Source of the DNA: a candidate division FCPU426 bacterium
Lineage (GTDB): Bacteria; Oederibacteriota; Muellerivitia; Muellerivitales; Muellerivitaceae
NCBI GenBank assembly: GCA_963830915.1
Contig: CAWHOE010000042.1
Coordinates: forward strand, 1 to 64,000
Direction: 5' to 3'
Length of the DNA: 64,000 nucleotides
In this document: positions 49,752 through 59,611 of the stretch, in pieces
Position numbering within the stretch: position 1 is the stretch's first letter
Layout: every line of letters starts with the position of its first letter
The notes under the pieces: model-generated
What the model was told of the DNA's origin: nothing
Seen by the model: only the letters and a program-made list of their open reading frames with translations
Database searches by the model: none
Position numbers and translations under genes: made by a program

Positions 49752-52292
49752 ATGACAGAACAAGAAGGCAAAAAGAAACCTGAGCCTAAGGCCGGGTTGC
49801 AACTGATCCCTCAGGATGACCTGCAAAAACTGCCCCTGGCTGAAGTGGAGAAAAAGTTGGGATCGACGCCCGACGGCCTCACTCAGGCTGAGGCGCAAAA
49901 ACGGCTGGCCCAATACGGGCCCAATGAGATCGAGGAAAAAAAGACCAACCTTTTCCTGAAATTCCTAGGCTATTTTTGGGGGCCCATCCCCTGGATGATC
50001 GAGGCGGCCGTGATCCTTTCGGCGGCGGCGCGCCATTGGCCCGATTTTTTCATCATCCTTCTTCTGCTTTTCGCCAACGCCGTCGTCGGGTTCTGGGAAG
50101 AACACCAGGCGGGCAACGCTATCGAGGCCCTGAAGGCCAAGCTGGCGGTCAAGGCCAGGGTATTGCGGGATGGGAAGTGGACCACTCCGCCGGCCAAGGA
50201 ATTGGTGCCGGGCGATGTCATCCGCCTGCGCCTGGGCGACATCGTTCCGGCGGACGCGCGCCTGCTTTCGGGCGACGAAGTGGAGGTGGACCAGTCCGCC
50301 TTGACAGGGGAATCCCTGCCCGTCGTGAAAAAGTCCGGAGAAGCGGTGTTTTCGGGTTCGATCCTCCGGCAGGGGGAAATTGGCGCCATGGCCTATGCCA
50401 CGGGCGGGAACACTTTTTTCGGAAAGACGGCCAAACTGGTGCAGGACGCCCATACCGTCAGCCATTTCCAAAAAGCGGTCTTGAAGATCGGCGATTACCT
50501 GATATTCCTCGCGGTGGCGTTGGTGGCGTTGATCATCATGGTCGCCATATTCCGCGGCGACCCGATCCTCACCACGCTCCAGTTCGCCCTGGTGCTGACG
50601 GTGGCCGCCATCCCCGTGGCGATGCCGACGGTCTTGTCGGTGACCATGGCGGTGGGGGCGCGCCTGCTCGCGAAAAAACAGGCGATCGTCAGCAAACTGG
50701 TGGCCATCGAGGAATTGGCGGGAGTGGACGTGCTTTGCGCGGACAAGACCGGCACCCTGACCCAGAACAAGCTGACCCTGGGCGATCCCTTCTGCCTGGA
50801 TAAGATCACCCCGGAGCAGGTGATCCTCAACGCCGCGCTGGCCTCGCGTGCGGAAAATAACGACACCATTGACCTGGCCGTCCTGGGGGGGCTGAAGGAC
50901 CCAGCGGTCCTGAAGGAATACCAGGTGGCTCATTTCACGCCCTTCGACGCCGTGCATAAGCGCACCGAGGCCACCGTCAAGGATAAGGATGGAAAGGAAT
51001 TCAAGGTCACCAAGGGCGCGCCCCAGGTCATCTTGGCCCTGTCGGCGAATGCCTCGCAGGAAAAGCCCGCCGTTGAGAAGGCCGTCGATGAGTTCGCGGC
51101 CCGTGGTTTTCGTTCCTTGGGCGTGGCCCGGGCCGAGGGGGGAGGTCCTTGGCAGCTCCTGGGCGTCCTGCCTTTGTTCGACCCTCCCCGGGAAGACGCA
51201 AAGGAAACCATCGCGACCGCCCTGAAGATGGGCGTGAAGGTCAAGATGGTCACGGGCGACGCGCTGGCCATCGCCAAGGAAACCGCCAAAAAACTGGACA
51301 TGGGCGTGAATATCCTGGACGCGGCCAGTCTAGGCGACTCCAAAAAAGAAGAATCGTCGGAGACGGCCGAATCCATCGAGAAGGCGGATGGGTTCGCCCA
51401 AGTGTTCCCCGAGCACAAGTTCCATATCGTGGATGTCCTTCAAAAACGCGGGCATCTGGTCGGGATGACCGGCGACGGGGTGAACGACGCCCCGGCGTTG
51501 AAGAAGGCCGATTGCGGCATCGCCGTTTCGGGCGCCACGGACGCGGCCCGCGCCGCGGCCTCCATCGTATTGATGACCCCCGGTTTGTCGGTGATCATCG
51601 ACGCGGTCAAGGAAAGCCGGAAAATTTTCCAACGGATGAACAGCTACGCCATCTACCGGATCTCCGAGACCCTGCGTGTGCTCTTATTCATGACGGCGTC
51701 GATCCTGGCGTTCAACTTTTACCCCGTGACCGCCGTGATGATCGTGATGCTGGCCTTGCTCAATGACGGCGCCATCCTGTCTATCGCCTACGACAACGTA
51801 AAATACAAGGATCAGCCCGAGGCCTGGAACATGCGGATGGTCCTGGGAATATCCACGGTCCTTGGCGTCATTGGGGTTGTCTCCGCTTTCGGTTTGTTTT
51901 ACCTCGGGGAAAGGGTTTTCCACCTTGACCGTTCCCATATCCAGACGCTGATGTATTTGAAGCTGTCCGTGGCGGGCCATCTGACGATATTCCTCACGCG
52001 CACGCGCGGCGCTTTCTGGACCATACGTCCCGCGAAGATATTATGGATCGCCGTGCTTGGCACCCAGATCATCGCGACCTTGATCGCGGTCTATGGTTTC
52101 CTGATGACGCCGCTGGGTTGGGGCTGGGCGGGTTTCGTGTGGGGGTACGCGCTGGTTTGGTTCCTCATCAATGACCGGTTGAAACTGCTGGCCTACCGGA
52201 TATTCGATCCCTCGAAAACCGATGTTGGACCAAGGGAAGAGAATCGCAGAGTGGAAAAACTGGGCGCCGAAAGAAGCGCCAGCGTTGGTTAG
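49752..52292 (+). CDS. Plasma-membrane proton-efflux P-type ATPase (P3A)
   Basis: FWGPIPWMIEAA, TGES, IPVAMP, DKTGTLT, KGAP, DPPR, GDGVNDAPALK, LLND. Confidence 0.93.
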   Translation: MTEQEGKKKPEPKAGLQLIPQDDLQKLPLAEVEKKLGSTPDGLTQAEAQKRLAQYGPNEIEEKKTNLFLKFLGYFWGPIPWMIEAAVILSAAARHWPDFFIILLLLFANAVVGFWEEHQAGNAIEALKAKLAVKARVLRDGKWTTPPAKELVPGDVIRLRLGDIVPADARLLSGDEVEVDQSALTGESLPVVKKSGEAVFSGSILRQGEIGAMAYATGGNTFFGKTAKLVQDAHTVSHFQKAVLKIGDYLIFLAVALVALIIMVAIFRGDPILTTLQFALVLTVAAIPVAMPTVLSVTMAVGARLLAKKQAIVSKLVAIEELAGVDVLCADKTGTLTQNKLTLGDPFCLDKITPEQVILNAALASRAENNDTIDLAVLGGLKDPAVLKEYQVAHFTPFDAVHKRTEATVKDKDGKEFKVTKGAPQVILALSANASQEKPAVEKAVDEFAARGFRSLGVARAEGGGPWQLLGVLPLFDPPREDAKETIATALKMGVKVKMVTGDALAIAKETAKKLDMGVNILDAASLGDSKKEESSETAESIEKADGFAQVFPEHKFHIVDVLQKRGHLVGMTGDGVNDAPALKKADCGIAVSGATDAARAAASIVLMTPGLSVIIDAVKESRKIFQRMNSYAIYRISETLRVLLFMTASILAFNFYPVTAVMIVMLALLNDGAILSIAYDNVKYKDQPEAWNMRMVLGISTVLGVIGVVSAFGLFYLGERVFHLDRSHIQTLMYLKLSVAGHLTIFLTRTRGAFWTIRPAKILWIAVLGTQIIATLIAVYGFLMTPLGWGWAGFVWGYALVWFLINDRLKLLAYRIFDPSKTDVGPREENRRVEKLGAERSASVG

Positions 52293-52365
52293 AAGGTTCC
52301 ATTGGAATCAGGTGTGCCCTCAAAAGGGGTGATGGATGAAGTTAGAAGGACCAAGGAGGCGGTAC

Positions 52366-52737
52366 ATGAAGGGTTTAAGTTTTTTGATGGTCTCGATTTG
52401 GTTGTTAGGAACGGCAGGGTTGGCTTCGGCGCAAACGACGAACGCGCAGGGGCAATTCATCGAAGGCGCGCAAATGTCGAAGGCCCAGATATGGGGCCGG
52501 GTCCATGACCAGATCGCCAGGGTTAACGCGGCCTCCAAAGTGGGCAAGCTGCTCATAGGTGAAGCCGCCTCGCTCCTGGCTCAATTGCAGTCGATCAGGG
52601 ACACGATCAAGGCTGATTACGTCGAGAACGGGAAAAAAGAACTGAGCGACGACCAGAAGATCGCGTTGAATGACATGTTGGATGGGACCGCCAGAAGTAT
52701 ATCGGACAAGGGCGGGTATCAGTACGCTTCTCCCTGA
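52366..52737 (+). CDS. Hypothetical exported helical protein
   Basis: GGAGG RBS and signal peptide. Confidence 0.65.
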   Translation: MKGLSFLMVSIWLLGTAGLASAQTTNAQGQFIEGAQMSKAQIWGRVHDQIARVNAASKVGKLLIGEAASLLAQLQSIRDTIKADYVENGKKELSDDQKIALNDMLDGTARSISDKGGYQYASP

Positions 52738-52858
52738 ATAGGGGTTTGGTAGGGCCTGAAATTCTCCCGGGCTCGCTGTCCGGGAGGGCCCTCGTTCAAC
52801 ACAACTTTCCGGCTCTTTTGTTCTTCAAACAATGAAGTCAAACCCATCAAAAAGATTT

Positions 52859-52950
52859 GCCACAGACGCATGGGATTCATGAGATTTCAAAACTGTCATG
52901 ATTTTAAACTGTTTCTTTGCCCATCCTGTGTGTCCCATGCATCTGTGGCT
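52859..52950. repeat. GCCACAGA/ATGGGA-type inverted repeat (related arms at 45945-45971 and 59148-59230)
   Basis: GCCACAGACGCATGGGA ... TCCCATGCATCTGTGGC. Confidence 0.65.
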
Positions 52951-53049
52951 GATTTAGCCGTAGCTGTGCTTTTTGTTTTAAAACAATAAAATCTTTTGAC
53001 TTGATCATCTTTGGCATCGGGGTCACGCCTTTCTTGGACGAAAGCGCAA

Positions 53050-53304
53050 CTAAGTGTAGTTTTCATAGGTCCCGTCGGTGACCGAGGCCACCACGATCTT
53101 GTTGACCACTTCTCGAACCCCTCCGATCCCCTCGACCAAGGTATCGATCTCCCGCTTGGTCTTGAAATCGTCCGCGATGCCGGACAGGGTGACCAGGCCT
53201 TCTTTTACTTGAACGTGCAGTTCGGTGCCCATCTGCCGGATACGGCTTTGGATCAGGGCTTCCAATTGGACATCTTTTGGATCGTTGTGGTTTCCAGTCG
53301 TCAT
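53050..53304 (-). CDS. BON-domain protein
   Basis: VQVKEGLVTLSG...IGGVREVVNKIVV. Confidence 0.88.
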   Translation of the reverse strand: MTTGNHNDPKDVQLEALIQSRIRQMGTELHVQVKEGLVTLSGIADDFKTKREIDTLVEGIGGVREVVNKIVVASVTDGTYENYT

Positions 53305-53357
53305 GTTGGACCTCTTTTTTTGAACCTTAATGATAAAAAAACTATTAATAACATCTA

Positions 53358-53466
53358 TTCACCACAGAGACACAGAGGGCACAGAGTAAGGCTTAAAGAT
53401 TAAGATTTTTCTAATTAAAGATTTACTCTGTGAAACTCTGTGCGCCGCCGAAGGCGGCCTGTGGTA
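53358..53466. repeat. CACAGAG-type inverted repeat with inserted GCCGCC-GAA-GGCGGC hairpin
   Basis: CACCACAGAGACACAGAGGGCACAGAG ... CTCTGTGAAACTCTGTG..CTGTGGT; same design as 40038-40231. Confidence 0.7.
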
Positions 53467-53494
53467 AAAAGTATTTCCAGTCCTGAAAAATGAA

Positions 53495-53791
53495 TTACTT
53501 GGTTTTATCCGCTGAATCGGGGTGCGACATCATGGGAGAGCCGTAATCGCAATGTCCCCAGGTACAGCCGTCCCGATGGCGGTCCGTGAAGAAACAGAAA
53601 AGAGCGGCCAGGACCAATCCCAGGATCACTCCCTTGAAGATGCCTCCACAGTGACTGCAGCCATGCAGGCCCATGCCGGCCTCGTGGCTTGAGCAGCATT
53701 TTCCGCCGCCCGTCATGAGGCTTTTCGAGGTCTCGTGACGTAACTTTTGATCGGCGATGATGCGGTCTTTTTCTTCTTGCGTGAATTCCAT
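53495..53791 (-). CDS. Hypothetical Cys/His-rich single-TM protein
   Basis: GGGAG RBS, one TM helix, sigma-54 site upstream. Confidence 0.6.
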   Translation of the reverse strand: MEFTQEEKDRIIADQKLRHETSKSLMTGGGKCCSSHEAGMGLHGCSHCGGIFKGVILGLVLAALFCFFTDRHRDGCTWGHCDYGSPMMSHPDSADKTK

Positions 53792-53831
53792 GTTCTCCCT
53801 TTCGAGTCTTATTAACTGAGGGATTAATAAA

Positions 53832-53930
53832 GCAAGAAGCAAGCCACGGGAACGAAGGGTTTATTCCGATATTTTCGGGCTGTTCGGGAGGGGATTATCA
53901 AAATGAGAGTCCGGAGGGTTGTTTTGATCG
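53832..53930 (-). promoter_or_regulatory. Sigma-54 promoter with tandem enhancer-like sites
   Basis: TGGCTTGCTTCTTGC; sites at 53895 (TTATCAAAATGAGAG) and 53916. Confidence 0.75.
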
Positions 53931-53935
53931 ATGGC

Positions 53936-54148
53936 CTATTTGGTTCCGACCACCAAGGGAAGGGGATGGGTCCTGGGACGCCAGGATAGGTCCAGCGTGA
54001 ACACATAGGTCATGATGGCCGTCAGCATCAGGACCATGACGACCCAAAAACGCCAGTCCCGGTGGGCCCGGCGCCAATAAGGGGCGCGGAATTCAGCGGC
54101 CTCCAGTCCCGGATTCAGCGGATGGATCTCATGTTTGTGTTTGGTCAA
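53936..54148 (-). CDS. Small membrane protein
   Basis: PYWRRAHRDWRFWVVMVLMLTAIMTYVFT; GAGG RBS. Confidence 0.65.
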   Translation of the reverse strand: MTKHKHEIHPLNPGLEAAEFRAPYWRRAHRDWRFWVVMVLMLTAIMTYVFTLDLSWRPRTHPLPLVVGTK

Positions 54149-54270
54149 GGTTTGCCTCTTTCAAGATAGGATAGGGAAGTTAAAGAAAAAGGGAGCGGAG
54201 TCCGATAACAGGGCCCGCTCCCTTGATCCGTTACAACAGACCGGCTCCCGATTTCGGGAGCCGATCAATA

Positions 54271-54519
54271 CTATTGATCCTCGTGCCACGGATGATCATG
54301 ACGATATTGGTCGTCGTGATTGGTGTCGTAATCCCACCTGGCGAAGGAATGACCGCGATGATAATTGTCATCATAGTCATGGTCATAATGCCAACGAGCG
54401 TCATGGGTCTCGATACCGATCCCGATACCGGCCCCATTCGCGTGCGCGTAACAGCCGGCGTTGATGACGCCGAACGCCGCGAAGAACAACGAGTAAAAAC
54501 TGAACACTAGAATCCTCAT
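54271..54519 (-). CDS. Small His/Asp-rich lipoprotein
   Basis: GGAGG RBS, lipobox NAGC, H/D-rich tail. Confidence 0.6.
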   Translation of the reverse strand: MRILVFSFYSLFFAAFGVINAGCYAHANGAGIGIGIETHDARWHYDHDYDDNYHRGHSFARWDYDTNHDDQYRHDHPWHEDQ

Positions 54520-54576
54520 CGGACACCTCCTGAAAGTTTCAGGATGACGCGAATCCGCCATCCCTTTTAGTCGCCT

Positions 54577-54756
54577 TTAAACGGATCGGCTCTTGGGTCC
54601 CGCCGCGTACCAGATAATGAGTCCCAAAACCGGCAATAGGATCACCAGAAAGCACCATAGAAACTTGGCCCCTCCGGAAGCGGCGCTCCTCAAGATCGAG
54701 AGGATCGCTCCTATGTCGAGAATGAAAACGATCAAACCAACCAAACCAGTAAACAT
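54577..54756 (-). CDS. PLDc N-terminal-domain small membrane protein (not in ORF track)
   Basis: MFTGLVGLIVFILDIGAILSILRSAASGGAKFLWCFLVILLPVLGLIIWYAAGPKSRSV; AGGAGG RBS. Confidence 0.85.
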   Translation of the reverse strand: MFTGLVGLIVFILDIGAILSILRSAASGGAKFLWCFLVILLPVLGLIIWYAAGPKSRSV

Positions 54757-54800
54757 TTCCCGCCCTCCTTCCGCTGTCGATACGTCTGCTTGTGGTCAAA

Positions 54801-55001
54801 GCAAGAAGCGGGCCGTGCCGCGAATGGAGCTCTATCCGCCGATCGGTCGTTCTGGAGGGATCAAAACAAGAGAAGGGAAGATCATTTTGATCGGGATCAT
54901 CACCCCGAAACGAGGAAGGGAATGGAAGGGCGGCCTTTTATCGCCATTCCCCTTCATTTTGGGGTTCGGCCCGCCCAGGGACATAAGGGCACGTTCCTTG
55001 C
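54801..55001. promoter_or_regulatory. Divergent sigma-54 promoter pair
   Basis: (-) GGCCCGCTTCTTGC 54801-54814; (+) GGCACGTTCCTTGC 54988-55001; palindromes at 54858 and 54879. Confidence 0.8.
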
Positions 55002-55071
55002 TTTAACACCCTCCATGGATTTCGTCGATGGCTTAGGAATCCAAATTCTGGAATGAAATTAGGGAAATGAA

Positions 55072-55506
55072 ATGAAAAAGACACTCAAAGCGGGAACGCT
55101 CCTCACTTTAGGGGCGGCGGTATTGTTGGTTTGCGGCTGCGCTGGTCCAAAGGTACAGAGCACGGAAGTTCCCAAGGGGCCGGAAGAGACCCAAGTCGTC
55201 AAGGCTGAGGAGCCGGTCCAAGCGGCGCCGGTCGAGCAGAAGTACACGGTCAAAGCCGGGGATACCCTTTGGGCGATCTCGGATAAAACCGGCATTTACT
55301 CCGATTCCTACCAATGGCCTTTGATCTTCAAGGCCGATCGGGACCAGATCCAGGACCCGGACATGATCGTCCCAGGGGAGATCCTTATCATCAGCCAGGG
55401 ACAAACGGCACAGCAAGTGGCGCACGCCAGGCAATTGGCCAGCGATACGCCGGCTTTCGTGAAGCATGATGAGCCTCGTACGACCCTGCCGCTCAATTAT
55501 TTCTGA
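55072..55506 (+). CDS. LysM-domain lipoprotein
   Basis: YTVKAGDTLWAIS...WPLIFKADRDQIQDPDMIVPG. Confidence 0.9.
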   Translation: MKKTLKAGTLLTLGAAVLLVCGCAGPKVQSTEVPKGPEETQVVKAEEPVQAAPVEQKYTVKAGDTLWAISDKTGIYSDSYQWPLIFKADRDQIQDPDMIVPGEILIISQGQTAQQVAHARQLASDTPAFVKHDEPRTTLPLNYF

Positions 55507-55577
55507 TCAAAGATCAAGGGACAGCTCATGGTACTGGGATCCTTCTTTAACAGTCCGGCTGAAAAGGCGGTAAGGCT

Positions 55578-55934
55578 ATGAGCGGTTTGGTGATCGCGCG
55601 GGATTCTGAGAAGAACAAGACCCAAGAAAGCTGGGGTTCGTTGACCTGGATGGCCAACCAGTCCCTGTCGGGAAGTTCCGTGACGGTCGGGCGGTTGATC
55701 CTCTATCCCGGTCTTTCCGATTCCCTTCACAGCCATCCCAACGCCGATGAGGTGATCTTCCTTTTGAAGGGAAGGGTCAGCGTCCAGATGGGCGGGGCGG
55801 AATTCGACCTCCGCCCGGGGGACGCCTTGACCATCCCCTTGAAGCTCGTTCATCGGATCACGAACATCGGCGACCATGAGGCCGAAATGACCCTTTCCTA
55901 CTCGTCCGGCATCCGTAAATACACGGCCGAATAA
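55578..55934 (+). CDS. Cupin-domain protein
   Basis: HSHPNADEVIFLLKG, GDALTIP..VHRITN. Confidence 0.9.
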   Translation: MSGLVIARDSEKNKTQESWGSLTWMANQSLSGSSVTVGRLILYPGLSDSLHSHPNADEVIFLLKGRVSVQMGGAEFDLRPGDALTIPLKLVHRITNIGDHEAEMTLSYSSGIRKYTAE

Positions 55935-57145
55935 TGACACCGCCGTCCCCCCCACCGGAAAACTCCCCTCGGTTCGTCCGTTTCGAGCTGGCGCCCTCGA
56001 CCATGATCACCCTGGTCGGGGTCATTGCCGGTTTGTGGCTGTTGTTCAAACTTCTCCCTGTTTTCCTCGTGCTGATCGCGGCTTTCTTCGTGGTGGGCAC
56101 CCTGAACCCCGCGGTCCACTGGCTTGAAAAAAGGGGGATGGGCCGAAATCTCGCGATCGGGATCGTGTTCGGCTCCCTCCTGATCGTCGCGCTGGCGGCC
56201 GCCATCCTGATCATCCCGGCGCTTTTGGCCCAGGCGACCACTATCCTGGAGCAGGAACCGGTCATGCGCGCCCAATTGGCGGACCGGCTGTCCGGGTTCC
56301 CCTTGAGCGAAGCCCTGGCGAAATGGCTGCGTAATTTCAAATATGGCGGGCCCATCACCACCGCCGGGGCCTCGGCCTTCGCTTATTCCATGGAAGCCCT
56401 CACCTTCGTCACCTACGCGCTCAGCGCGCTCTTTCTGGGGCTCTATATCATGTTGGACAGGGACCGATTGCGGGGGGGATTGTTCGCCGTCATGCCCCGG
56501 TCCCACCATATCCGCCTTTCCCGCGTCCTGATGAACCTGGAAACCATCGTGGGCGCCTATATCCGTGGCCAAGTCATCACCAGCGCGGCCATCGGCTTCT
56601 TCATCCTGATCCTTTTGATCTGCTGCGGGATCGAGAACGCCCTGGCCCTGGCTGTTTTCGGCTCGGTCGCCGATATCCTTCCTTATATAGGGGTCTTCCT
56701 GCCTATCGCCGCCGCGGTCCTTTCCGCCGGGTCCCATGGGCCGGTGGTCACCATGGTGGTCCTGGCCTTGATGCTCCTCTATATGGAATTCGAAAGCAGG
56801 ATATTGGTGCCCAGGGTCTACGGACAGGCCCTCCGTCTGCCTTCCACGGTGGTGCTCTTCTCGCTCCTGGTCGGGGGAACCTTGATGGGCATCCCTGGTT
56901 TCCTGCTGTCCCTGCCTTTCGCGGCCGCCATCATGATGCTCATCGATGAGTTGAGGGTCCAATTGCCCGGGGAGCAGGTCCAGGTGGCGGACGGGATCCA
57001 GAAAGAAAAGGACGAAAAGGGCGAGGAAGAATACGAGCGCCGGACCGAGGGGCAGACGGCCCAGGAATCGGCCGCGATCGCGGTGGAGATCTCGGGAGAC
57101 CGGGTAAAGGAAGAGAACCAGACCTTGGAAGATAAGGCGTTGTAA
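55934..57145 (+). CDS. AI-2E family transporter
   Basis: LNPAVHWLE, YIRGQ, LPYIG, ESRILVPRVYG, GFLLSLP. Confidence 0.9.
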   Translation: MTPPSPPPENSPRFVRFELAPSTMITLVGVIAGLWLLFKLLPVFLVLIAAFFVVGTLNPAVHWLEKRGMGRNLAIGIVFGSLLIVALAAAILIIPALLAQATTILEQEPVMRAQLADRLSGFPLSEALAKWLRNFKYGGPITTAGASAFAYSMEALTFVTYALSALFLGLYIMLDRDRLRGGLFAVMPRSHHIRLSRVLMNLETIVGAYIRGQVITSAAIGFFILILLICCGIENALALAVFGSVADILPYIGVFLPIAAAVLSAGSHGPVVTMVVLALMLLYMEFESRILVPRVYGQALRLPSTVVLFSLLVGGTLMGIPGFLLSLPFAAAIMMLIDELRVQLPGEQVQVADGIQKEKDEKGEEEYERRTEGQTAQESAAIAVEISGDRVKEENQTLEDKAL

Positions 57146-57169
57146 ATCGGGATAAAAAAGGAGACTCAT

Positions 57170-57964
57170 ATGCAAAGGAACAAACGGTTGGAAGCGCTTC
57201 AGGAAAAATTGATCTCGATGTCCAAAAAGGTCTACGCGGGCCCTTGGAAAGTGGATAAATTCTCCAAGAACGACCGGGCCAACGAGATCATCAACAATAT
57301 CGGGGAAAAGCCGCACGTTTTCGTCATGGGCTGCATCCTGGGCCACCGGATGCACGATGACAAGGGTTGGGAGACCTTGGCTTACCTTGAAGAAAGGATC
57401 GGCACGCTGGACATCAAGAAATTGAGCCGGTTGACCCTGGCCGACTGGGAAAAGGCCTTCATGAAACCCACGCCCCTGCACCGCTTTTATTACGAGTCGG
57501 CCAGGGACATCCTGGCGGCCATCCAGAGGATCATGAGGGAATACGAGGGCGACGCCTCGCTGATCTGGAGCCATTCCCCCTCCAGCGCCACGGTGATCAA
57601 GCGGTTCCTGGAGTTCGACGGGATCGGCCAGAGGACTTCCACCATGGCCGCCGACATCCTGGCGAGGTATTTCAAGATCACCATGAGCGACTATTATTCC
57701 ATAGACGCCACGGTGGACGCGCCCACGAAAAGGGTCCTGGCGAGGATGGGCATCGTGGACTCGAAAAAGCCCATTTACATCCAACTGACGATGAGGGAAA
57801 TGTATCCCAAATATCCTGGAATCTTCGATCCGGTCCTGTGGAATATCTCCAAGTACCATTGTTTCCCGGTCCGGCCGAATTGTTCGGAGTGCCCGGTCCA
57901 TGAGCTGTGCCTTTACAGTTTGGAGCATGTCAAGGGATCAGGGACGCTCGTCGGGGCGCGTTGA
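57170..57964 (+). CDS. HhH-GPD/endonuclease III-like protein with FeS cluster
   Basis: FDGIGQR HhH, VDAPTKRVLARMG, C-x6-C-x2-C-x5-C. Confidence 0.8.
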   Translation: MQRNKRLEALQEKLISMSKKVYAGPWKVDKFSKNDRANEIINNIGEKPHVFVMGCILGHRMHDDKGWETLAYLEERIGTLDIKKLSRLTLADWEKAFMKPTPLHRFYYESARDILAAIQRIMREYEGDASLIWSHSPSSATVIKRFLEFDGIGQRTSTMAADILARYFKITMSDYYSIDATVDAPTKRVLARMGIVDSKKPIYIQLTMREMYPKYPGIFDPVLWNISKYHCFPVRPNCSECPVHELCLYSLEHVKGSGTLVGAR

Positions 57965-57967
57965 CCC

Positions 57968-59071
57968 ATGAATAAGCCGGGGAGCTTTAGGGCGGGTCAT
58001 GCCTGGGAATCCGCTTTTTTTCTCGCGCTCGCGATCCTTGGCCTCGTGGGATGCGGTTCTGTCCCACTCCGGATTGTTCCCCGGACCCTCATTACGAGTT
58101 TTCCGCCCGTCAAACCCAGCCTGGTCCGTTTGCCGGTCGAGATCGTCTTTCCCAGCGGCGGCGATCTGCTCCAACATCTTTCCAACATGGTCAAGGGAGG
58201 CCTGAAGCAGATCATGCCGGACCTGCGCGCCCTTCCCGGTCTGGCGATGGACTCCCACATCGCGGATGTTTGGCAGAAGATGCAGGAGCCTATCTTCCTG
58301 GAAAAGGATACCTGGCTTTTGATCCGTCCCGCGACCCTCGCGGTGGGCTTGATGAGGACCGACCTGAGAAGGGAATCGACCCTGCGCACGGTCCTGGAGA
58401 TGACCGCCGAGCCGGAGGTGGTGTTCGGACCCATGCCCTTGGTGACGCCCCAGAAAAGACCGCCCCTTCAGACATTCAAGCCTGGCCCGGGGATATTCGA
58501 GGCGATGAGCAATACAAGGATCAGCTGGGAAGAGGCCACCCAATATCTGCTCGATCCCAGGCTGAAACTCCTTGGCATGGTCTTTCCCGGGACTGGGGGC
58601 CAGAAGGTGACCCTGATGGGTTTCCGGTTCTCAGGGTCGGAGGGGCAAGTGAAGGTCCGGGTGAAGCTCCATTACAACCCGCTGGTCATCAACTTAGGGG
58701 GCAAACCGGCGGACCTGACGGTCTACCTGAGGGGCACCCCTCGCTATCTTCCGAACCAGAGGGTGTTCGATTTTCCGGACCTGGACTATGACATCAAGTC
58801 GGGCGACCTGGTGATCCAGGTGGCCGACTGGCTGAACAAGGGGGATTTCACCAAGCGTCTGCGCCGATATTTGAGGATACCGATCGGTCCCAAGTTGGAT
58901 GAGTTCAAGGCGAGGATGAACAAGGTCCTGAACAGGAGGTTGAGCGAATTCACCCGTCTGAGCGCCCAGGTGAATTCCTTCAGGGTGTTAGGGGGCTTCG
59001 CGGATGATGAGGGCATCGAAATGAGGCTCTCGGTGAAGGGAACAGCCATCCTGGAAGTGAAGTGGAATTAA
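57968..59071 (+). CDS. DUF4403-like lipoprotein
   Basis: Lipobox LVGC; WQKMQEPI..WLLIRP, VYLRGTPRY..DLDYD. Confidence 0.65.
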   Translation: MNKPGSFRAGHAWESAFFLALAILGLVGCGSVPLRIVPRTLITSFPPVKPSLVRLPVEIVFPSGGDLLQHLSNMVKGGLKQIMPDLRALPGLAMDSHIADVWQKMQEPIFLEKDTWLLIRPATLAVGLMRTDLRRESTLRTVLEMTAEPEVVFGPMPLVTPQKRPPLQTFKPGPGIFEAMSNTRISWEEATQYLLDPRLKLLGMVFPGTGGQKVTLMGFRFSGSEGQVKVRVKLHYNPLVINLGGKPADLTVYLRGTPRYLPNQRVFDFPDLDYDIKSGDLVIQVADWLNKGDFTKRLRRYLRIPIGPKLDEFKARMNKVLNRRLSEFTRLSAQVNSFRVLGGFADDEGIEMRLSVKGTAILEVKWN

Positions 59072-59263
59072 CATGAAAACGAAAATTGGCTGAGATGTTA
59101 TGTGTTTGATTTGAAATATAAGATTTCACACACTTCAAAAAAATTAGCCACAGATCCATGGGATACATGTGATTTTTACAAACGACAAATAATAAGAATG
59201 TTTCTTTGCCCCTCTTATGCATCCCATGCATGCCGACTTGCTATTGGAATGAATGAAGGTTGA

Positions 59264-59611
59264 CTATTTTTTCCGTCGAGGACTGGGCTTTTTCCCCCGG
59301 AAGGCGGCCCAAAGGCTGCCGGCCAGGACCCCAGCGGCTGCCGCGATGGCCATGGCTTTTTTGGGGTTTTCCTCGATGTATCGTTCGGTTTTCTTCCCAT
59401 AGTCCTCCAGATGACGCTTGGCGTTATGAATTTTTTTACCCATCCCGTTGGCTCCCCCGAGGAGTCTTTGTACTTTCTTATCGCCTCGGATGAGGCGCTC
59501 CAAGGACATCAACTTATTCTTTCCATCCACTAAATAGCGGCCGACCTTGGTCTTGAGCCCCGCGTTATTGTCATTCGCCATTGTTTTTTCCAGCCTTTCG
59601 TCCCTTTCCAT
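59264..59611 (-). CDS. ElaB/YqjD/DUF883-like tail-anchored protein
   Basis: ERYIEENPKKAMAIAAAAGVLAG C-terminal motif. Confidence 0.75.
   Translation of the reverse strand: MERDERLEKTMANDNNAGLKTKVGRYLVDGKNKLMSLERLIRGDKKVQRLLGGANGMGKKIHNAKRHLEDYGKKTERYIEENPKKAMAIAAAAGVLAGSLWAAFRGKKPSPRRKK

Noticed and set aside
55898..57928. Long antisense ORFs (676 aa here; also 34089-34931, 35656-36645, 46685-47716, 47625-48461, 49965-50957, 60296-61456)
   Set aside because: They are shadows of well-supported genes on the opposite strand in GC-rich DNA and show no recognisable motifs.
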